64,000 nucleotides of DNA, from assembly GCA_002269645.1 (NCBI GenBank), contig NIVC01000997.1, forward strand, positions 186,001 to 250,000. The letters are read 5' to 3'. Shown one piece after another: positions 12,271 to 26,028 of this stretch (positions are counted from its first letter, which is position 1; every line of letters begins with the position of its first letter). Made by a program: the position numbers and the translations under genes. Source of the stretch: Macrostomum lignano. Taxonomy: Eukaryota. The notes under the pieces were generated by a model. It saw only the letters and a list, made by a program, of their open reading frames with translations. It did not search any database and was not told the DNA's origin.

Positions 12271-12868
12271 TAAATGTGCATAGTGCAATATGTGCATAGA
12301 ACTGATAAATATGATTAGAATATTTCATGTCAATCCCCAAGTTTTGGAGAGCCGCCAAACGCATACCGAACAAAAAAGATACAGCGGCGGAGCATTAACT
12401 CTGCAAAAGGCCTGCACACAAAAGCCAACCCGTTTTAAGCATTCAAATGCAGACTGCATAGCTGTAAAATCCCTCTGTATATATAGCTTAGCGAGATTTT
12501 GTGAGCATAGCAACACAATATTGGACAATGAGAACAGGGGAGAACAAGAAGGCGGATGGATGGAGGCGATTAAGAGTCCCAACTGCCGACCGTGCGAGGC
12601 ATCGAAAATGGCCAGCTGACATCGGAGCTCGATTGCTGCTTGCATTCACGGCTAAGCTGGCCTGCACCGAGCAGATTTCACTGCGTTCCACTTCGGCGAG
12701 CAATTAATAGACTCGATTGAGCTCGCGGAGAGAACAATGCTCTGCCTCGGATGGATGAATGAAGTTCGCAACTGTGCGACTGGATTGACTGCGCAATCAT
12801 AGCGAGTGTGCGCTACCGTTACAGTGTGAGGGATATATGGGGAATAATTAGCCTGCCTGTGTGTCCGA

Positions 12869-13240
<372 letters not shown>

Positions 13241-14360
13241 ATGTGGATACATTTGAAGGCTCAAATTTTAATAAGTCTATACTCGTACAATTAAGAGCTT
13301 ACATTGTTGAGAGAAAATTAGCGAAATATATTTGTTTATTTCAAGCTACTGAATTCTCTAACATCCCTAGCCAAGAGCAGAGCCACAAAGGATGCAGACC
13401 CTTCACCATTAAACAGTTTCAAGTTATGAAATCCCAGCTTCAGGCTAACTAATATCAGTGTCAGCTTAAGCCGAAAATTTGTTCGCAAATACGCTGACGA
13501 GCGCAAGACAAATTGAAATTGAGTGTCAAAGGATTAGAAAAACACACACATCAAGCCGTGGGTGTCGAACAGGGTCCACGCGAATTCTGTCTTAACAATC
13601 GCAAATGACACATCGAGCATAGCAGTGTTTAAGATGGCATTCATCTGTGACGCAACAGTGCGGGCAGTGAGAGAACAATGGCTGATGAAGGCCAGAAGTT
13701 GTTCTCGCTAAGAAAGTTAGGCGCGAATTCTGGGGAGGGGTTCATTGCGGATTATACAAACTTGGCGCTGCTGCTGATGGGTGCATTTGTTCCGGTATGA
13801 ATATCTCAGTGTTGTAAAACAAATTGTGTTAGTCCATAATTTAGTCTGTATGGTTGCGCAACAGCCAGTCCCTGTTTTCGCACATTTATTGCAAGCAATG
13901 TTTATGTATTATAGGGCGTGCTGTGCCAGTGTGGTGTCATATCTTGAGATGGCACATTTCACTGTGTATCAAAATTGAAATTGAAATTTCGAAACCTTTA
14001 GTAAGTAAGACTGTTGCGTGCTTACTGAGGTCCATTAGTGCTACCTGTTTGCTGTTGGTTGAGCTGTGAGCTGTGGTGTTCTGTGTTTGTTTTAACGTTT
14101 TCCCCCGAGGGGGGGGGCGGCTGCTCAAACTGATCAAGGCAGGCCGGCATCTGTATGGTCGGCGCTCATGAAAGTGAAAATGAAACGGAAAATCCTCGAA
14201 ATTATAAACAAACATTTTGATTTTTTTATTTGCTACCTGAGCTAACTGACAATCTCCCAAACTTTTGGTTCCTGTTTGCTCAGGAGGAACTAGATCAATT
14301 TTCTTAATGTTGTTGATAACCTGTTCGGGGGAAAGAGATCAAGGGATTGGGTATGTAAAC

Positions 14361-14718
<358 letters not shown>

Positions 14719-15329
14719 AACAGCTAATTATAATGTTTGTTCTGCAACTCAGCAACACAACTAATGCTCGGCACTGATAAAGGCCAATTAAAAAAACAGG
14801 ATTTCCCTAAACTGAAGGTGTCAAGTAAAACAAGATTAAGTTCGGGTGTGCGTAAAAAATCACCTATAAAGTATGTCGGACAAGTTTATGACTTCGGAGT
14901 TGACAATAAGCCTTTGTATTAAATTTTTAGTCTTGGACAGGCAACTCTTTGGTAATATAAAATCCATTTAAGAATATAATGCGCCTTGGATACAAATCGA
15001 GAGGTGTTATGTCAGCAATCTGAGAGCTCAATACCTTGTTGCTGAATTTTTGCTGAAAGGACCCGGAGGCTTTGAGGAGCATTAAAGATCTTGGAAAACA
15101 TTTGACTCGAGGCAACTTGGTAACTAAGCTATTTTATTGCTAGGGGATTTGTCTCGGATTGCGATGACAGATATTTGACAATTTTGAGTAGGTTGGTAGT
15201 TAATCATTCTATTGTTTGAATTTCTGTATAGACTGCGGTTGCTCTGTTACAACCTGGTTTAAATTTGCTTTTAGGCTACTTCCTACGAGTATATACTAAA
15301 AATTAGTTGTCCGTAGGTGGTAGGTGGGT

Positions 15330-15715
15330 GATGGAGAGGGGAGAGAAGGGAGAGAGGGGAGAGAAGGGAGATAGGGGAGAGAAGGGAGAGAGGGAAGAGA
15401 AGGGAGAGAGGGGAGAGAAGGGAGAGAGGGGAGAGAAGAAAGAGAGGGAAGAGAAGGGAGTGAGGAAGAGAAGGGAGTGAGGGAAGAGAAGGGAGAGAGG
15501 GGAGAGAAGGAAGAGAGGGAAGAGAGGGGAGAATGAGAAGAGAAGGGAGAGAGGGAAGAGAAGGGAGAGAAGGGAGAGAGGGAAGAGAAGGGAGAGAAGG
15601 GAGAGAGGGAAGAGAAGGGAGAGAAGGGAGAGAGGGAAGAGAAGGGAGAGAAGGGAGAGAGGGAAGAGACAGGAGAGAGTGGAACAGAGCGGAGAGGGAG
15701 AGAGAGGGGAGAGAA
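15330..15715 (+). repeat. GA-rich polypurine repeat (9/27-bp periodicity)
   Basis: GGGAAGAGAAGGGAGAGAAGGGAGAGA units. Confidence 0.9.
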
Positions 15716-16314
15716 GAATTCAAGGGAATGGATGGGGCAGTAAGAGAGGTGAACGGCACAGGGGGTGTGAGAAGGCACCGGAGATGATTAGGCTAGATAG
15801 GATCTTTATTGCTAACACTGTAATTCAAGCAAGCACAAAGATAACTTCACCGCCCACCTCTGACTCGGTAAATCAAACGGATAAAAAATGCTCTCACAGA
15901 CCGGGCAGGCAGTGAAACTTCAAAGCCCAAAACTTGTAGCCAAGCGTGTAATTCAGAACACTTTTTTTCTACACATCTGTCCCATTCCGAGAGTGCTTGT
16001 GGGCGGGCCGGTTTTTTCAACTGTTACTCATTTGATTTGATGTTATTTTTTGACAGAAATCGACTTTGTGCAATTCTGTGGCTTTTTATGGACATAATAA
16101 CTTTTCCGTTACTAGTCAAGAGTCAAAAGACCGTGTGGAGCTATCCGTCACTATTTTTGTCAAATGAAAAAGGTACAATTGTTGTTTAGGCTTCGAGGCT
16201 AAACAAAGACAAATTTATGGTTTCGAATTTTTTCCAATGATCAGTTCAGTACACTTTTTAATTTTTATCTATGTTAGCTATGATAGGCAATTTGAGGACT
16301 AAATGGGTGAGAGT

Positions 16315-17070
16315 CTACTAGGGTGAGATTCTAGAAAGGTGAGATTCTACTAGGATGATATTCTCCTCGGGTGAGATTGTACTGGGGTGAGATTGTACTG
16401 GGGTGAGATTCTACTAGGGTGAGATTCTACTGGAGTGAGATTCTACTGGAGTGAGATTCTACTAAGATGATATTCTACTGGGGTGAGATTCTACTGGGGT
16501 GAGAGTCTACTAGGGTGAGATTCTACTGGAGTGAGATTCTACTGGAGTGAGATTCTACTAAGATGATATTCTACTGGGGTGAGATTGTACTGGGGTGAGA
16601 TTCTACTAGGATGAGATTCAACTAGGATGAGATTCTACTGGGGTGAGATTCTACTGATGTGAGACTCTACTGTGGTGAGAGTCTACTAGGGTGAGATTCT
16701 AGAAAGGTGAGATTCTAGAAAGGTGAGATTCTACTAGGATGATATTCTACTCGGGTGAGATTGTACTGGGGTGAGATTGTACTGGGGTGAGATTGTACTG
16801 GGGTGAGATTGTACTGGGGTGAGATTGTACTGGGGTGAGATTCTACTGGGGTGAGATTGTACTGGAGTGAGATTCTACTGGGGTGAGATTCTACTGGGGT
16901 GAGATTCTACTGGGGTGAGATTGTACTGGAGTGAGATTGTACTGGGGTGAGATTCTACTGGGGTGAGATTCTACTGGAGTGAGATTCTACTGGGGTGAGA
17001 TTCTACTGGAGTGAGATTCTACTGGGGTGAGATTCTACTGGGGTGAGATTCTACTAGAGTGAGATTCTTA
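16315..17070 (+). repeat. 16-bp minisatellite GAGATTCTACTGGGGT
   Basis: About 47 units. Confidence 0.95.
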
Positions 17071-17769
17071 TATTTTTCTACTAGAAGACGCCAAATAAAA
17101 TTCATGGAAACTCAATATTCTATTAGCAGACACCATTGTCTTATAATTAGAGCTCATTACTTATTATTTTGGAAGTGTTCAACCGTAGATAGGCGACAGA
17201 GGGTTGGGAGTTAAAGTGTACAGACTAATGAGTTGGCAGTTGACTGAGCAAGAGTGCCATTTGGCAGCTCAGAATCCAGGGTCCGTGCCGTATGAAACAG
17301 CTCAGAAGCTCCAGTCTGAGATAATTGCGGTGCTTTGCGCAAAGGTGTGCGGGCAGAAAACAAGGGAGAAGGGGAGCTGGTAGCCAACAGATCGCCCAGC
17401 GAATGTCGAGCTCAATTTTATTCGCTCGATTAGGTCCATAGTAAATGCCTCAGTCGCTTCGTGCATGGGCTTGTTGCTAGCCGCCGTCTTTCTTGTAAAC
17501 CCAAATTCTCTCGGAAATACAAGATGTTTGACAAGAAAATAGAGCGAGAACAAAATCGTATAAAGGCGTTAGGAGCGATTCGAACTTAACGATGTCAATT
17601 TGATTCATTTTCCGGTCAGCTCTCAGTCTCTCAGCTTCGGTGCAACAGTTAATGAATAACTTTGACAGGTGAAATTATGGTTTTAAACCTGATGTGATTA
17701 CACATATTGATGCGATGTATCATTAAATCAGAATTATTAATGATGTGCTCCAAGCAATAGTCTATCCAT

Positions 17770-19080
17770 GTTGTTGTCACACTCTTCTCGCTGTTATCAC
17801 TCTCTCTGTGCTGTTGTCACTCTCTCTATGCTTTTGTCACTCTCTCTCTGTGCTGTTGTCACTCTCTCTATGCTTTTGTCACTCTCTCTCTGTGCTGTTG
17901 TCACTCTCTCTCTATGCTTTTGTCACTCTCTCTCTGTGCTGTTGTCACTCTCTCTGTGCTGTTGTCACTCCTAGCTGTTTTCACTCTCTCTGTGCTGTTG
18001 TCACTCTCTCTGTGCTGTTGTCACTCTCTCTGTGCTGTTGTCACTCTCTCTGTGCTGTTGTCACTCTCTCTGTGCTGTTGTCACTCTCTCTGTGCTGTTG
18101 TCACTCCTAGCTGTTTTCACTCTCTCTGTGCTGTTGTCACTCTCTCTGTGCTGTTGTCACTCTCTCTGTGCTGTTGTCACTCTCACCTAGCTGTTGTCAC
18201 TCTCTCTATGCTTTTGTCACTCTCTCTCTGTGCTGTTGTCACTCTCTCTCTATGCTTTTGTCACTCTCTCTCTGTGCTGTTGTCACTCTCTCTATGCTGT
18301 TGTCACTCTCTCTGTGCTGTTGTCACTCTCACCTAGCTGTTGTCACTCTCTCTGCGCTGTTATCACTCTCTCTGTGCTGTTGTCACTCTCACCTAGCTGT
18401 TGTCACTCTCTCTGCGCTGTTATCACTCTCTCTATGCTTTTGTCACTCTCTCTCTGTGCTGTTGTCACTCTCTCTCTATGCTTTTGTCACTCTCTCTCTG
18501 TGCTGTTGTCACTCTCTCTCTATGCTTTTGTCACTCTCTCTCTGTGCTGTTGTCACTCTCTCTGTGCTGTTGTCACTCTCTCTGTGCTGTTGTCACTCTC
18601 TCTGTGCTGTTGTCACTCTGTCTGTGCTGTTGTCACTCTGTCTGTGCTGTTGTCACTCTCTCTGTGCTGTTGTCACTCTCTCCGTGCTGTTGTCACTCTC
18701 TCTGTTCTGTTGTCACTCTCTCTGTGCTGTTGTCACTCTCTCTGTGCTGTTGTCACTCTCTTTGTGCTGTTGTCACTTTCTCTATTGGCGCTTGCTCCAT
18801 TTTCACTCTCTCAGTTGCTACTCTCTCCATTGTCACTCTCTCCATTCTCACTCCCATCATCGTCACTCTTCATTGTCATTCTCTTCATGGTAATTCTCAC
18901 TACTGTCACTCTCTCCATTGTCACTCTCTTCATTGTCATTCCCTCCATCGTCACTCTCTCCATTGTCACTCTCTCCATTCTCACTCCCATCATCGTCACT
19001 CTTCATTGTCATTCTCTTCATGGTAACTCTCACTACTGTCACTCTCTCCATTGTCACTCTCTCGATTGTCACTGTTTTCT
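17770..19080 (+). repeat. ~20-bp minisatellite TGTGCTGTTGTCACTCTCTC grading into a CCATTGTCACTCTCT variant zone with a ~130-bp duplication
   Basis: Direct reading; the hydrophobic ORFs over it are artefacts. Confidence 0.92.
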
Positions 19081-19529
19081 TACTCTCCTATAACTCGTAC
19101 GGTCTGTCCTTTCAACTTTATTAATTGTTAGTTTCATATAATAGCAATAAAATATTGGAATACATATAGCTCGTATTAGACGCATATCCTACTTCTAGTA
19201 AGATCTAAGGCACCGCAAATATTTTCACTGTGATATACGAGCATATGAAAACCTGCAAATAGACACAAATAAATGCTTTCCACCAGTTGTAAATGCATAT
19301 TAGACTTTGCAAAACAAACTTGGAATGCTAAACCCTCGCTTTATCTTTGTATCTCCTAGCAAACGTGACACCAGATCACCAACCTCATTAGCTTCCGTGG
19401 AAAATAAGTCAGCTGACTTGCAATAAATTTGTTATAAACTGATATCTTTGCACCAGAAATATTAGACTTTGAAATCTAAACTGCTAAGACAGCCAAAATT
19501 CTTAACAACAATCTCTGCCGAAAGAAAGA

Positions 19530-21353
19530 ATGGCCAAGTCTGCTCTCGCTTCAGCTGGTCGCGTTGCCTTGGTTACCGGCGGCTCAGCCGGTATTGGTCG
19601 CGGCTGCGTTGAGGCTCTGGTTGGGGACGGTGCCTTCGTGGCTTTCTGCTCGAATCAGGGTGAGCTGGCCTGCTTAAGGTGTCCGCTGTCCTTATCCTAG
19701 TGTCTGTGACCCTTATCCTAGTGTCTGTGACCCTTATCCTAGTGTCTGTGACCCTTATCCTAGTGTCTGTGACCCTTATCCTAGTGTCTGTCACCCTTAT
19801 CCTAGTGTCTGTCACCCTTATCCTAGTGTCTTTAACCCATATTCTTGTGTCTGTCACCCTTATCCTAGTGTCTTTAACCCATATTCTTGTGTCTGTCACC
19901 CTTATCCTAGTGTCTTTAACCCATATTCTTGTGTCTATCACCCTTATCCTAGTGTCTTTAACCCATATTCTTGTGTCTGTCACCCTTATCCTAGTGTCTT
20001 TAACCCATATTCTTGTGTCTGTCACCCTTATCCTAGTGTCTTTAACCCATATTCTTGTGTCTGTCACCCTTATCCTAGTGTCTTTAACTCATATTCTAGT
20101 GTCCTTTAGCTCGTATCTTTATCATAAGGTTCTAAACATAGTGTCTGTCCTATATATTAGTGTCCACTACCCAGTGTCCCAGTGTCTGTCAATCTTATTA
20201 ATATGTTCTTAATTATCCTCAACCATATTGTTATTAATGCTTAATAAGTAAATAAAAATTGTATCGATAGATTTTCCTTAAATTCTTGAAAAATGTTTCC
20301 ATTGTTACTCGTAGTAGCTCAATTTGCGCACTAAATGAATTCAAATTGCCAATAATTTATCAGCGGAGGAGGGCAGACAGCTGGAGGCGGCTTTGAACAC
20401 TGCGGGCCCTGGCAGAGCGCTGTTCATCGAGGTCGACTGCCGGAATGCTGCCGACCTGGAGGTGAGCGACTACTTGGAGTAGTGTTGCTTAATTATTTCC
20501 GATATAAATGATGTGTCAACAGAACCACTCCTGTCCAAGAGGTAACTAAATCCTGTCTAACAGGTAACTAAATCCTGTCTAACAGGTAACCAAATCCTGT
20601 CTAACAGGTAACTAAATCCTGTCTAACAGGTAACTAAATCCTGTCTAACAGGTAACCAAATCCTGGCTAACAGGTAACCAATCAGGTATAACCAATCCTG
20701 GCTAACAGGTAACCTATCTTGTCCTATCATGCTAACAAAAAAACTACCCAACTTTTTTATAGGCCGCAGTCAATCAAACCCTAAGCTTCGGTTCCAACCG
20801 ACTTGACTGGCTAATCAACAATGTTGGCACCCACCCTGATCACGCGCCAATCGATCACTTCTCGCTGGACGATCTGCGCAGCCTCATGGAGCTGAACGTT
20901 TACAGCGCTTTCAGCCTGACTAGACTGTGCCTGCCGCATATCAGAGCCTCCAAAGGGGCCATCGTTAACATTTCTAGCCTTGTCGCAGTCATAGGCCAGC
21001 ACCATGCAGTCACCTACGTCATCACCAAATCCGCCATAAGTGGATTCACTCGAGCCTTGGCCATAGACGAAGCCGTTCACGGTGTCCGAGTGAACGCTAT
21101 CTGTCCGGGTGCGGTTCACACCCCACTGCTGCTGTCCAATGCCAACAGTCTGGCTGCTGAAGGTGGCGGCGGTGACACCACGGAAGATCAACTGGCCCGT
21201 TATGCCTCCGATAGTTTGTTCAATCGATTGGGCAGCATTGAAGAGATTGGGGCTGCCTGTCTGTTCCTGTGCCGCTGGGCCACCTATTGTACAGGCATTG
21301 AGCTGCCGGTGACTGCTGGGGTGGAGCTGGCGAAGCCAATGAAGACGAATTGA
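19530..21353 (+). CDS. HSD17B14: Classical short-chain dehydrogenase/reductase, HSD17B14-like; exons 19530-19659, 20364-20461, 20763-21353
   Basis: Motifs TGGSAGIG, NNVG, NISS, YVITK and GVRVNAICPG; the C-terminal ATYCTGIELPVTAGVEL resembles HSD17B14 (FCTGIELLVTGGAEL). Phases 1 and 0 are consistent. Confidence 0.85.
19683..20105 (+). repeat. 21-bp minisatellite CCTTATCCTAGTGTCTGTGAC becoming a 42-bp dimer, HSD17B14 intron 1
   Basis: Starts ~23 nt after the donor; from ~19810 two variants alternate strictly. Confidence 0.93.
20541..20715 (+). repeat. 22-bp minisatellite GGTAACTAAATCCTGTCTAACA, HSD17B14 intron 2
   Basis: About 7 units; the unit junctions read CTAACAG|GTAAC. Confidence 0.92.
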
Positions 21354-21499
21354 ATTACATAGCGCTATTCAGAACTTCAATTTGCGTTAATGACTTACCG
21401 TTACAAATGAGTTGTTAGTTGTTGGTTGGTTGGTTCTTTGTTTTACATCGATACTCGCATGCAAATACGATGACAGAGGCACTAAAGAATATTAGGTCC

Positions 21500-21864
<365 letters not shown>

Positions 21865-22353
21865 ACGCACGTCACAATTAAAGTCACGCCGTGAAACCTG
21901 AGCCACCAATTACAGAGCGGTAATTCCAGCCCAACATCCCATCAAGGCACCCTAAGAATATAACTGGGAAAATCTCCCAACGCATTGACTATCTCCACTT
22001 TCACCAGCGCTGGCAGCTGGCCCGCTCTGTGCAGTGCAATTTGATGCAGCTTCTTTTTATAAATGGTGAAGCTGGGCAGCCCAGAATTGACTGGTCATGC
22101 AGAGCCGGTTAATTACTGTCACTCTGAGCTCCTGTCTTATTCGGCACCGTCTGTAACACCTGCGACAGTTTTAGCTGGCTTTTAATTGTTCTGTTGTCTT
22201 CCTCAGTTCGGCGTTTCCCGGCTCCATGGGGCTGATGGTTTGGTTGCGTCATCAAATCAGGGATTCTGGGGCGTTTGAATTTGGAGAAATGAATTTCTAA
22301 GCCTATGGGGGTCAGAGTGCGTTTTGCTTTCCTCTGGGTTTCATAACCATCTC
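21865..22353. repeat. Dispersed ~490-bp repeat, copy B
   Basis: Matches 2581-3072. Confidence 0.85.
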
Positions 22354-22779
22354 AATGTGAAGGTGAAATACATTTATACGAAGTTAGTTCTCAAAATGTT
22401 GAGTGAGAAGTAGGCTGTCGACTCATTATTATTCTTACAATTGAAAAGAGCGAAAAAAATATCATCAAAACTTGCTTTGATTAAACAAAAAGTCACGCCG
22501 ATTTGTTTTAATTTCCTGACGAACGCGTATCTCCATGTAGGCAAAAAAGCTTTGAAAAAAATATCGTTTTAAAAAATCCAAAATATATGTAACTTATTAG
22601 AAGTATGAATCTCGACTGCATACTCAAGGAATCATAATAACGTCAAGCTATATATATTCGTACGTGAACAAATGTTAGCATTTTAGCTGCAGGTCTGACA
22701 CACTAATTTTGAAAGCAAACTTTTCTACCAAAAAAGTTACAGGACGATGAAAAAGCACGTAAATTTACGCTGAACCGTC

Positions 22780-23272
22780 TCAACTTTGACCCTGCTGCCT
22801 GTCGCGACGTCCTCCTGACGAACGCGACGATGACATTCTGGCTCGCAGATTTGACCAAGAGTTGCTCAAAAAGTTGCCCAATCGTCGGGGTCCTCGAGCG
22901 ACTTCGCCGCCGCCGCCGCCGCCTTGCCGTGCAGCGGGCGTCGGAGCCGAGGTTGTCGAAGCTGCCGAGCGGTGCGACGCGCTGAGATCCGGTACAGAAA
23001 CGGCCAGCTGCTGCTGCGGCCGCTGTCTTCGCTGCTGCACTCCGACCTCATCATCGTAGTGTGCAGCTGGTTCAGCGGCAGATGCTGCTGCTGCTGCCGC
23101 GCCAGAAGATCCGGTGATCAGTCGTGGGATCGGATTTGTTGGTCGGTAAAGAATGATGGCGTCGATTGCTTGGTAGTCTTCGTCGGCGCTGATTGTGAAG
23201 AATGAATTTTGAGCACAGATTTGGGGAGACTTCCCGATTGATGGGGCATGATCTACAGAGAGTTCATATGGT
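22780..23272 (-). CDS. Orphan coding-like terminal exon of unknown product (possible alternative last exon of the CEP15-like gene)
   Basis: GC-rich stop-free frame of 163 codons (PYELSVDHAPSIGK...DEDYQAIDAIILYRP...RRDRQQGQS*) with no upstream ATG; candidate phase-2 acceptor TCATCTAG at 23274-23273. Confidence 0.35.
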
Positions 23273-23329
23273 CTAGATGAATTTCACGGTCTCCAGGTGA
23301 ATGTCAGAATCTCTACATGAATGTCAGCT

Positions 23330-24265
23330 GGTCTCTAGATGCATGTCAGGGCCTTTTGATAAATTTCAGGATCTCTAGATGAATTTCAGGATTTCTAGAT
23401 GAATGTCAGGATCTCTAGATGAATGTCAGGATCTCTAGATGAATTTCAGGATTTCTAGATGAATGTCAGGATCTCTAGATGAATTTCAGGATCTCTAGAT
23501 GAATTTCAGGATCTCTAGATGAATTTCAGGATCTCTAGATGAATTTCAGGATTTCTAGATGAATTTCAGGATTTCTAGATGAATGTCAGGATTTCTAGAT
23601 GAATGTCAGGATCTCTAGATGAATTTCAGGATTTCTAGATGAATGTCAGGATCTTTAGATGGATTTCAGGATTTCTAGATGAATTTCAGGATTTCTAGAT
23701 GAATTTCAGGATTTCTAGATGAATTTCAGGATTTCTAGATGAATGTCAGGATCTCTAGATGAATTTCAGGATTTCTAGATGAATGTCAGGATCTCTAGAT
23801 GAATTTCAGGATTTCTAGATGAATGTCAGGATCTCTAGATGAATTTCAGGATTTCTAGATGAATGTCAGGATTTCTAGATGAATTTCAGGATCTTTAGAT
23901 GGATTTCAGGATTTCTAGATGAATGTCAGGATCTTTAGATGAATTTCAGGATTTCTAGATGAATGTCAGGATTTCTAGATGAATGTCAGGATTTCTAGAT
24001 GAATGTCAGGATCTTTAGATGGATTTCAGGATTTCTAGATGAATGTCAGGATCTTTAGATGGATTTCAGGATTTCTAGATGAATGTCAGGATCTTTAGAT
24101 GAATTTCAGGATTTCTAGATGAATGTCAGGATCTTTAGATAAATTCAGAATCTCTAGATGATTTGGAGAGTCTCTAGATAAACTTGAGAATCTCTACATG
24201 AATGTCAGGATTTCTAGATGAATTTCAGGATTTTTAGATGAATTTGAGGATTTCTACATGAATTT
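23330..24265 (+). repeat. 20-bp minisatellite CTAGATGAATTTCAGGATTT
   Basis: About 45 units with degenerate edges. Confidence 0.95.
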
Positions 24266-24336
24266 GAGGATTTTCAGATTTTCAGTCTTTAAAAGATTTC
24301 AGAGCCGTCTTTATACCGCTTTTCGCCGAAGGGTTG

Positions 24337-25355
24337 TTACTGTGAGTCTATCGGGGTCTCTGGAGAATCTTCAATTTGACTTAAGGAGCAACTTTTATCT
24401 TTATTAGTCGAAATTTAACGACAAAATTAAGCAAACTTCCCCTGGCCTTCGCCACTAATTTCAAACTCACTTCCAACGATCTTCGCCAATTTTCTGAATC
24501 TGCCGAAGCTTGAATTCGCGCAGCTGATCAATCCACTGCGGCATCGAGTTCTGCACACTCTGAAGGTAGGCCGTCTGCAGTCGAAACGCAATTATCAAGT
24601 TTGATAGTGTTCGACTATTTGTAGATTTTTAATACTAATAGTATAGCTACTAATTCGGCTTATTTGAAAGCCTCACCCGCAGCCGCTTTAGAGTCTCGTC
24701 ACCCTCAGTTGATGTCTGCTGCAAGTCCTGCCTTATAGACTTCAGAGACTAAAATATAAGCAATCATGTATAGTAGCCGCTGTTTGGCGTGAATTTAAAT
24801 GACAATATTGCTAATGAAACGCCTACATCGAAGATTTCTTCGTTTCTTCTCCTTGCTTGTGCATCGCTGCCGATGAAAACTTCAGGAAATCCGGTTTTCG
24901 TGTCGTAGAATGCCTCCCTTCCAGACATTAACGCCGATCTACGTGCCAGTCTGAAAGTGATTTTTTATGCTTAGATGGTTACTTAATATTAATCTTACTT
25001 ATTAAACTTAATATTTATTTATTTGATTTTCTGATAGAAGAAGCTTTTAGGCTTTTAAGCGTTCAATGTTGGTTTATATTTTAAATTTTCAGTTGCACAG
25101 ATAATTTAGAACCGCACAATTCTGGGTGGATAAAAGTTGAAAAAATAGAAAAGTTCATTGTACTATAAAAATCATGTGCTAAACATAAGCTCTTTGTCTA
25201 TTTTTTTAATTAAATACAGTATCATGTTATTTTACGTGGATACATATCAATACATATGCTTACATCTCCTCGTGTCTTTGCTGCAACTGTATCTCGACTC
25301 TACTAAAGTAATCCTCAGATTGACGCCAAGCATTATCAGTTATATTTGTAGTCAT
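24337..25355 (-). CDS. CEP15: CEP15/C3orf14-like protein, 137 aa; exons 25355-25264, 24950-24827, 24727-24677, 24574-24471, 24379-24337 (absent from the ORF track)
   Basis: Five exons join in phase (92+124+51+104+43=414 nt). EIQLQQRHEEILARRSALM, ARRRNEEIFDDLQ and LRTAYLQSVQNSMPQW resemble human C3orf14 EIRLSKRHEEIVSQRLMLL, AFKRNLSLLKDIE and LETRYWASVEEYIPKW (from memory). Confidence 0.75.
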
Positions 25356-26028
25356 TGAAACTTTTATTTCTCCACTAGTCAAATTCAAAGAAGAGAATTA
25401 GTAACTTTTCCAGTGAATAGTAACGATGTATTTACAAGTAAATCGGAACCTTTCTTCTAAACTGAATTTGAGCTCAAACAGAAATAAAGTCTCTTAAAAA
25501 CTTTTTTAGCCAGCTGTTTTATTTTTATTAACTAATAACTTGACATATTTGACTTACAAATGCTACTTAAATTAAAACTTATATGTTTTTAAAAAACCTT
25601 TGTTATACTTTAAAACCTTCTACGAAACAGTAGGGCTCCTTTTATTTTTTTTCTATAAGCGGACCTGGCTATTTTGCATGTTTGATGTTTTGCATTCTTT
25701 TCCGCTAACTATTCCGTGGTTTCTTAGACTGTGCTCGCGCTGTGCAGTGTGCTGACAGCTGGCGAATAATAAAATTACATTTCTGTGTGAAACGGAAGCA
25801 AATTCATGATAATAACAACAACGTCATATGTGGTTTCAGTTTGAAAATTTGATTTTAGTTGTTAATTAGGCCCTAAGTATGATCGTTGCCATTTGTTATC
25901 TCTACAGCCTCTAATTTAGTCCAGGTACCATCTGAGCCTTAGCTTATCTGCTTATGTTTTTAGTATTTAAAAGTATTTTTTAATATAGGTGTAAGTGTAG
26001 GGGCCTAATTGCGATGTAATGGAGTGAC

